Virus record (IMG/VR): IMGVR_UViG_2728369482_000003
Location: 1 to 64,000 of that record
Source: a virus
Taxonomy: Duplodnaviria > Caudoviricetes
Reading direction: 5' to 3' (one strand)
DNA length: 64,000 nt
Positions 57,699 through 64,000 of this stretch are shown piece after piece (within the stretch, counting starts at the first letter, position 1; every line of letters begins with the position of its first letter). Made by a program: the position numbers and the translations under genes. A model generated the notes under the pieces. It searched no databases and was not told where the DNA came from. It saw nothing but the letters and a program-made list of their open reading frames with translations.

Positions 57699-59822
57699 AT
57701 GGCTGCTTTATTCAATAACCCCAACGGCTATGGACTGGAACGGGAAATTCAGGAAACCATGCGGGAATCCGATATTCTGGGTCAAGATGGTACACAGTAC
57801 CGGTTTACGGCAGAAGACCGGGCCAAACTCAATACTGTTGTTTCTAATAGTTTGACGTGGCGGGGAGTTTGGACGGCCCATACGGTATACGCGGTGAATG
57901 ATACGGTAACAAACAACGGAAACACCTATCGACGATTGGTAGCGGGCACATCAGGAGCTAGTTTCGACCCGGCGATGTGGGAACTACTGGCCGCGAAGGG
58001 GGACACGGGTGAAATTACGAAAGCTACTCTTGACTCCGCCATATCGGGGGTGTTTTCTCCTCCTGCAATCGACGGGTATCTCTACCGGGCAAAGAACAAC
58101 AACCTGAACCTAGTACAACCCTGCTTCGCTTTCGACCTGTCTGCAATCGCCTGGTCATCAGGGGCCAGTTTCACGTTTTCCTGCAAAATTGTTTCCAAGT
58201 CGGGCAACATCGTCTCTACTCCCCAGATTCGCACGTTCTGGAATGGTGTTTCTACAATCAACGACATTACGGGACCGTCACTTAACATATCGAAGTCCAC
58301 GACATTACCAGCTAACCAGACCATCAGTTATGCAGTAAGCGGCACTAGCAATTTCTCCAAAACCAGCTACGTGCATGTGTTTCTGGACGTGTCACTAACC
58401 GACGGAACAGTGTCGAGCGACCTGTTAATCTACGATGTAGCATTCACGGTTTCGGGTATGCCCGGCCCAAAGCTACCGGGATCGGACCTCTACCGAGCGA
58501 ACGGAACCGACACGATAACGGCTGTCACGACCCTGACCGAAGCGGCAGCTACGAAAACGTACGTGGACCAGAAAAAGGTAGAGGCACTGGCCTATACCGA
58601 TGCAGTGGTTGGACCCTTGAAGTCTAACCCTGTCGTCGGGAGTCGATACACCGGAGTGGCGAACACGGTCAATCCTACCTTAATGCAGCCGATCATCGTC
58701 TTCGATACTCAGGGGATCAACTGGGCAGTCAACGATGCTATTGCGTTCACCTGTAAGCTAATCTCCCGTAGTGGCAACATCACCAACATCGCCACTACCC
58801 GCGTGTTCGTGAATGACGTAGCCGCACTGGACAGTACGGGTGGAAGCTCTGGCAACATGGGATCGGCTTCCGCCAGTCCGGGGACGGATACAGCATTAGT
58901 CTACACGGCAACCAGGGCAGCAGCGGTGAAGGCTCGTTACATCCACGTCTATATCGACGTGACACTAACCGCTCCGACGACTCCAACTACGTTCGACATC
59001 TACGATGCAGCCCTGACGGTTAAAGGTATTTCAACCGTGCGGGTAGCGGGATCGGCCCTCTATATGGCTAACGCGAACGATACTGTTACTTCGTTTTCCT
59101 ATTTCGATAATCAGTTAGCCAATGTCGGCTACGTAAATACGCAGCGAGATGCCGCAAAAACCTACGCGGATAGCCTGATCTCTAGCAAGCTGAAGGGGAA
59201 AAAGTGGAACGCACTGGGTGATAGTATCACCTATGGACATGGGGTCGGTGTGAACGGGACCTACCGGGCAATACTCGCACAACGTTGGGGCATGACAGCT
59301 CGAAACTACGGAATTTCGGGTACCTGCTTGGCTGGTACGAGTAACAGCTTCGGGGCGAGTATGGCAACCCGGTATAATGATATGGACAACGACGCGGACT
59401 ATATTACTGTGTTTGGCGGCACAAACGACTGGTCGGCAGCAATTCCTATAGGAGTGAATACAGACACGCCAGTGGATACGTTTAAAGGAGCTTTAAACGT
59501 ACTCTGCAAGGGGTTGATTGAGAAATATCCGACTAAGAAAATTGGATTCATTAGCCCTTTAAACCATAGAACGACCAACAATTCAGGAGGGCTGTCTGTC
59601 TTGAATTATGTAGACGCGACCATCGAAATATGTGGTTTGTGGGCAATCCCTGTGCTCGATCTATATCGTCGTGGTGGCGTTCTACCAATCAACTCGGTAC
59701 AAAGGGGTACCGTGATGTTCGATAGTAACAATGATGGTATAGGTGACGATGTTCAACATCCAGGCCCCGTGGGTCACGGAATGTTGGCTGACCGAATCGA
59801 AGCTTTTATGTTGATGCTCTGA
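57699..59822 (+). CDS. Tail fibre/spike with duplicated beta-domain and C-terminal SGNH esterase
   Basis: WRGVW..Y..NDTV..G..Y motif; internal repeat (F(S/T)CK(I/L)(V/I)S(K/R)SGNI...Y(V/I)HV(F/Y)(L/I)DV.LT...IYD); ALGDSIT, FGGTND, DVQHP. Confidence 0.8.
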   Translation: MAALFNNPNGYGLEREIQETMRESDILGQDGTQYRFTAEDRAKLNTVVSNSLTWRGVWTAHTVYAVNDTVTNNGNTYRRLVAGTSGASFDPAMWELLAAKGDTGEITKATLDSAISGVFSPPAIDGYLYRAKNNNLNLVQPCFAFDLSAIAWSSGASFTFSCKIVSKSGNIVSTPQIRTFWNGVSTINDITGPSLNISKSTTLPANQTISYAVSGTSNFSKTSYVHVFLDVSLTDGTVSSDLLIYDVAFTVSGMPGPKLPGSDLYRANGTDTITAVTTLTEAAATKTYVDQKKVEALAYTDAVVGPLKSNPVVGSRYTGVANTVNPTLMQPIIVFDTQGINWAVNDAIAFTCKLISRSGNITNIATTRVFVNDVAALDSTGGSSGNMGSASASPGTDTALVYTATRAAAVKARYIHVYIDVTLTAPTTPTTFDIYDAALTVKGISTVRVAGSALYMANANDTVTSFSYFDNQLANVGYVNTQRDAAKTYADSLISSKLKGKKWNALGDSITYGHGVGVNGTYRAILAQRWGMTARNYGISGTCLAGTSNSFGASMATRYNDMDNDADYITVFGGTNDWSAAIPIGVNTDTPVDTFKGALNVLCKGLIEKYPTKKIGFISPLNHRTTNNSGGLSVLNYVDATIEICGLWAIPVLDLYRRGGVLPINSVQRGTVMFDSNNDGIGDDVQHPGPVGHGMLADRIEAFMLML

Positions 59823-59885
59823 TATTTACTTAATCTGACTAGAATCTGTATAACCTAAACGATTCAGGTTTCCTGCTGCCCACTA

Positions 59886-59928
59886 AAACCGGCTTACCTT
59901 AACGGGTCTGCCGGTTTTCTTTATTTTT
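59886..59928 (+). terminator. Terminator-like hairpin
   Basis: AAAACCGGC...GCCGGTTTT followed by a T-rich tract. Confidence 0.5.
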
Positions 59929-59930
59929 CT

Positions 59931-62558
59931 ATGGCCGTTTCGTTTATTTCCCGAACCCTTTCTTCCCCCGACTACATTGCTCCGCTGGATCAGAACCTGG
60001 TATTCCAAAGTCTGATCACCCGCCAGCAGGCCTACGATAAGGGGGTACAGCAGGTGGATAGTCTACTGGAGAATCTGTCTTCCCAGCCCATCTACAACCA
60101 GGGTCACAAAGCCTACTACGAGCAGAAGGTAGGACAGCTCACCGACCAGCTCAACCGATTGGGGGGAGCCGACTTTTCCGACCGAACCACCCTGCAGCAG
60201 ATCGGACAACTCTCGGGACTAGTCAGCCGGGACGGGCGGATTTTGTCAGCCATCGAAGACGGTAAACGAATTCAGCAGGCCCGCCAGCAGATCGATACCT
60301 GGAAAGCCGACCCCAAAAAGTATCCCGGGCAGTACGCTCCCCAGAACGAGTGGCTGCTGGGCCAGCAGATTCAGGCCTACAGTACCGATTCATCCGAGGG
60401 AGCCCGTTTTCAGGGCGGGGCTACCCCCTACGTCAACCACCGGAAAATCATCGGGGACCGGGTGCTGCAGATTCAGAAACAGATTGCTCAGACGGGGGGC
60501 TACGATACACTGGTCGGTGGCAAGCAGCAGTTTATCCAGACCACCAAAGCCCTAACCCCGCTGCAGATCCAGCAGATCGTTCAGGGAGAATTGGCCGGAG
60601 ATCCTGCTCTGATGAACCAGCTCCAGATCGATGCCCAGTACGAAGCCCGGAACCTGCCGACCGATACACCCAGCTACCAGCGGGCCCGTCTGGCTCAGCT
60701 GACCTCGGCCCGGGACCGATTGGCCAAACAGGCCGATGACTATAACTCAGAGGGATTATTGGCTCTGACGACGGGATCTCCCGCCCAGCAGGAAGCCGCC
60801 CGGACTGAGCACCAGCAGCAGCTCAAACAGATCAGCCGGCAGATGCGGGCTTATGAAGAACAGATCCGGGCCGTTGGCTCCCAGAGTCGGGACGAAGCCG
60901 TGCTGGGGATGCACCTGGACAGCTACGTAACGGGCCTTCAAGCCGAGTACGGCTTTGAAAGTCGGAAACTTCAGGCTAACCCGATTTACGGGGTGGAGCT
61001 GGCCCACCAGGACCGGCAGGCCGCCCTTGAGCAGGCGGGTAGTCAGTTCCGAATCCGGGAGCAGAACGAAAACGACCGGTTTCTCTACGGCTGGAAAAAA
61101 CAGGACGAACACCTGGACAAACAGCAGGCCTTTCAGCGGGAACAGAAACTCCTGGACCTGGAAGCTAAAACGGGTCTACAGGCTAACGGAGATGGTTCGT
61201 ATTCTACCCCGGATACAGCCTTTAAAGCCGTGGACCTGGGAGCTTCCCAGGTAACGACGACCAGTCTGGAAGCCATGCAGGCCCAGAGTCAGTCGGACGC
61301 CCGGGCCCAGAACGGCCGGATTCTGGATCTGGTGGTTAGTTACGTAGGTAACGGAGACCTGCAGAAGATGGCCGGACTCCGGGCCCAGCTAACGGTCAGT
61401 ACGGATAGTGACGGCAATATCAATGGGATCAAATACCCCAAATCGGTGGCTCCCAACGTAGCCGTTGCCGCCCGGCAGATCGTGGATGATTACCACCAGT
61501 ATCTGCAGGGTAACGGTCATAACCCGGACCTGATTCGGCAGCTCAAACCCGAGCAGCGAGCCATGCTCCAGCAGATCGAAGTCGGAGCCGCCCAAAACCG
61601 GATTGCCCAGCAGCAGTACAAAGACATCGAACAGCAGGCCATTCGGGAATCCGGTATGACCCAGGCTGAGCTAAACCGGATGAACCAGCTCCGGCTGGAA
61701 AAAGCCCGTAACCCCCAGCTGTTTTCAACGGCTACACCCGTACCCGGCGGGGGTGGACTGGCCATAACCAGCTCGGCTAAAGCCCAGGAACTGGCCAGTC
61801 TGGAAGCCCGCTTCAAACCCGCCCAGCAGACGGTAATCGAGCAACTGGGTAAATCAGGTATTTATAACCGGGGGTTTCTGGTGACGGGAGACGCGGCCAA
61901 AAAAGACTCCGATCTCTACCGAATCGTCAAACACCGGATCGACCAGCAGGCCGTTGACCCGGCGGGAGCCACCAACAGCCAGCTCCGGGCCATTCAGTCT
62001 CAGCTGGAAAACGGGGAGATTACCCAGATGGTGGTACTGAAAGATTCCCAGCAGATCGAAGTATCGGGCTTTACCAAAAACGGAGAGGAGAAAGTACCCT
62101 TTAAGGCCCGGGTCGATTTCATGGGCTCCGCCGACTGGAATGCGGTACTGTCCGATAAACTCCGTACGGAACAGGGTGGCGGACAGAAAGCCCTGCTATC
62201 CGAGCTGGATAAAAAAGGGGCCCTGCTGGCTGGTAAACGGGCCGTAGCCTTTGCTCCGGTTCAGAGTCAGCTGGCCTTCTCGGTATCACCGGTTAAAACG
62301 AGTAGTGGCTACGGACTGGGTCTACTCTACCAGGGTAAACAGATTCCGATTCCACCCTACTTTAAAAACGGGGTTCCCTTTATTCCAACCGTGTTCCAGC
62401 AGAAACCCATCCAGTTCGTCTCGGGCGGTTTGGATAACTGGTCATCGACCAACATCGAACGGCAGCTTAAAGCCCGCTACGGAGCTACTGACCCGGCCTA
62501 CAAACCGACCATTCACGATTTTTACCGCTTCATCACCGATCCCGAACTCTTCCCCTAA
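59931..62558 (+). CDS. Virion cargo/ejected protein
   Basis: YIAPLD....RQQAYD.G..Q N-terminus and GGADFS motif, as in crAss-like cargo proteins; helical and Q-rich. Confidence 0.65.
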   Translation: MAVSFISRTLSSPDYIAPLDQNLVFQSLITRQQAYDKGVQQVDSLLENLSSQPIYNQGHKAYYEQKVGQLTDQLNRLGGADFSDRTTLQQIGQLSGLVSRDGRILSAIEDGKRIQQARQQIDTWKADPKKYPGQYAPQNEWLLGQQIQAYSTDSSEGARFQGGATPYVNHRKIIGDRVLQIQKQIAQTGGYDTLVGGKQQFIQTTKALTPLQIQQIVQGELAGDPALMNQLQIDAQYEARNLPTDTPSYQRARLAQLTSARDRLAKQADDYNSEGLLALTTGSPAQQEAARTEHQQQLKQISRQMRAYEEQIRAVGSQSRDEAVLGMHLDSYVTGLQAEYGFESRKLQANPIYGVELAHQDRQAALEQAGSQFRIREQNENDRFLYGWKKQDEHLDKQQAFQREQKLLDLEAKTGLQANGDGSYSTPDTAFKAVDLGASQVTTTSLEAMQAQSQSDARAQNGRILDLVVSYVGNGDLQKMAGLRAQLTVSTDSDGNINGIKYPKSVAPNVAVAARQIVDDYHQYLQGNGHNPDLIRQLKPEQRAMLQQIEVGAAQNRIAQQQYKDIEQQAIRESGMTQAELNRMNQLRLEKARNPQLFSTATPVPGGGGLAITSSAKAQELASLEARFKPAQQTVIEQLGKSGIYNRGFLVTGDAAKKDSDLYRIVKHRIDQQAVDPAGATNSQLRAIQSQLENGEITQMVVLKDSQQIEVSGFTKNGEEKVPFKARVDFMGSADWNAVLSDKLRTEQGGGQKALLSELDKKGALLAGKRAVAFAPVQSQLAFSVSPVKTSSGYGLGLLYQGKQIPIPPYFKNGVPFIPTVFQQKPIQFVSGGLDNWSSTNIERQLKARYGATDPAYKPTIHDFYRFITDPELFP

Positions 62559-62561
62559 GCC

Positions 62562-63032
62562 ATGATCGATTCACAAGTTGAAAAACAGGAACTAAACCTG
62601 TACCTGAACCGGACCTACTATCCAACCGGTACCAACGGATCATTAACCGACGGAATGCGGGAAATCAGTAAAACCATCGAACTACCCTGGAAGGATAACC
62701 AGCCCCGCATCAGCTGTATACCGGAAGGAACCTACCCGGTAGTGATCTATAATTCACCCAAACACGGTCCGAGCCTGCTGCTGAAGAAAGTACCCGGCCG
62801 CTCGATGATCGAAGTCCATTCGGCCAACTGGGCCATGGGAAAAGACGGTACCGGTAAAACCCCGCAGCTGCTGGGCTGCATTGCCCCGGTGACCCAGCTG
62901 GATACCGAGACGGGTGGTCGGCCCGGCGTGGGCTGGAACTCCGGTAAAGCCCTGGAAAAAGTCGAAGCCCTGACCTTCCCTGTTATCAAGGCCGGTGGTC
63001 AGGTATTTCTCCACATCCGTAAAGCCGCTTAA
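62562..63032 (+). CDS. DUF5675-family protein (L,D-peptidase-like; endolysin candidate)
   Basis: LNR...T.G.L, TIELPW..N....SCIPEGTY, VPGRS.IEVHSAN, LLGCIAP. Confidence 0.8.
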   Translation: MIDSQVEKQELNLYLNRTYYPTGTNGSLTDGMREISKTIELPWKDNQPRISCIPEGTYPVVIYNSPKHGPSLLLKKVPGRSMIEVHSANWAMGKDGTGKTPQLLGCIAPVTQLDTETGGRPGVGWNSGKALEKVEALTFPVIKAGGQVFLHIRKAA

Positions 63033-64000
63033 TGAATCCCCAGGCCCCAACACCACCTAACCCTGTATTTGATCCGAACAGGGTTCCATTCGAAGGAGCC
63101 GGTGAGCCAAAACCCCTGCCCCTGTCTCCCCTGGAGATTGCCAGCAGCATTTCGGCTCCGCTGATTAAGGAAGCCGCCCGGAAACCCAGTCCGGCGGATA
63201 CCCTGCTGAAGCTGGGTCAGTCGGAAATGCTCACCGGCCGGGAAGCCCAGGAAGCCAGCCGGTACACCGACGGAGGTAACACCTACCTGCGGGGCCGGGA
63301 TAACGAAGCCGTGGCTGCCGCCGGGCAGGGGTTCTGGAGCCGGACCTGGAACGATACCAAAGCTCTGGTGGGTATTACCGGCTCCTCGATCCTGCAGGCT
63401 CCCCTAGCCATCCCCCAGCTGGTTAAAGCCGGGGTGAGTCTTTTGCAGGGAGAAGGAATCGACAAAGCCCTGGACTACGCTCGGGGTGAAGAAGGTTCCT
63501 GGATGCGGGGTCTATCGGACTGGCAGGATCAGCTGAACCAGGATACGACTAACTACAGCTCCAGCTGGGCCCGGGAGAATCCCTGGAAGAATTTAATTCC
63601 CGGTTACGGCGGAGAAGGCGGTACGGACTTTGGTAGCTTGGTTCGCTCGGGTGGGTTTGTGCTGTCAGGCATTGCTACCAGTCTGGCCGAGGGAGCCCTG
63701 GGGGCGGCTTTAGCTCCGGTAACCGGCGGAATTTCTCTGGCTGCCGTTGGTGTCGATCTGACGGGTAAACTCGTCCGGGGTTTCAAGGCTTTATCAACCA
63801 TCGGAAAAAGTCTGGATAAGCTGGATGATGCGCTACGGCTCAAACGGGAAGCCGAAGGAGTTCTCCACGGGGTAGACACCATTCAGGGGTTGGGTAAGCT
63901 CTGGAGTGGAATTGATACGCCACTGGGTAATCTCTCCACCCGATCGGCCCTGCACGGTTTCTTGCTGGCTAATTCCGAAGCCAGTCTGGAAGGCTACGGA
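63032..64000 (+). CDS. N-terminus of giant virion protein (runs off the window; in crAss-like phages this locus often carries the virion RNA polymerase)
   Basis: ATG overlapping the previous stop (TAATG); open to the window end: MNPQAPTPP...RGRDNEAVAAAGQGFWSR..., Gly/Ala-rich hydrophobic segment; missing from the ORF track because it has no stop. Confidence 0.7.
   Translation, partial: MNPQAPTPPNPVFDPNRVPFEGAGEPKPLPLSPLEIASSISAPLIKEAARKPSPADTLLKLGQSEMLTGREAQEASRYTDGGNTYLRGRDNEAVAAAGQGFWSRTWNDTKALVGITGSSILQAPLAIPQLVKAGVSLLQGEGIDKALDYARGEEGSWMRGLSDWQDQLNQDTTNYSSSWARENPWKNLIPGYGGEGGTDFGSLVRSGGFVLSGIATSLAEGALGAALAPVTGGISLAAVGVDLTGKLVRGFKALSTIGKSLDKLDDALRLKREAEGVLHGVDTIQGLGKLWSGIDTPLGNLSTRSALHGFLLANSEASLEGYG

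Larger units (their letters stand above)
1..64000. mobile_element. crAss-like (Crassvirales-type) phage genome segment, probably prophage/temperate
   Basis: Gene order TerL-portal-conserved gene-MCP-conserved genes-ring proteins-IHF-like-tail tubular-tail stabilisation-large cargo proteins matches crAss-like phages; Bacteroidota-type integrase and TAnnTTTG promoter elements; no host housekeeping genes seen. Confidence 0.85.

Noticed and set aside
28425-63882. Many 60-280 aa minus-strand and alternate-frame ORFs within structural genes
   Set aside because: Expected shadows of GC-rich codon bias; no recognisable motifs
1-64000. Stop-codon reassignment as in some Crassvirales
   Set aside because: Core genes (TerL, portal, MCP, muzzle) are full-length in the standard code, and TAA, TAG and TGA all serve as genuine stops
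1-64000. CRISPR array, tRNA, rRNA or diversity-generating retroelement
   Set aside because: No regularly spaced repeats, cloverleaf, reverse transcriptase or template/variable repeat pair noticed by eye; tRNAscan and Infernal were not run

Overview
The window is about 64 kb of a crAss-like (Crassvirales-type) podophage of a Bacteroidota host, with a tyrosine integrase at the left edge, so it is probably a prophage or temperate phage. Layout: integrase (1-1224); a leftward block of about 45 small accessory genes (1.2-16.7 kb); a G/C-run-rich switch region (16.6-17.2 kb); and a rightward block. The rightward block encodes a PD-(D/E)xK nuclease, IHF-like proteins, an Endo VII-like HNH nuclease, a large terminase with a class-3 intein, portal, major capsid protein (MCP), auxiliary capsid and ring proteins, Cys-rich Ig-like and SGNH fibre proteins, muzzle/tail stabilisation protein, a virion lysozyme, cargo proteins, lysis candidates, and the start of a giant virion protein. 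Most notable: (i) 16 tandem paralogs with a variable SH3-like body and a constant C-terminal DPFQxKV helix, plus two smaller paralog families and a fusion between families; (ii) a free-standing copy of an MCP internal domain behind a signal-peptide-like leader; (iii) Ig-like domains apparently split across gene boundaries at possible frameshift sites; (iv) a cluster of nucleotide-sponge-like anti-defence genes around the terminase and portal. All family assignments come from motif recognition and synteny by eye; no searches were run.
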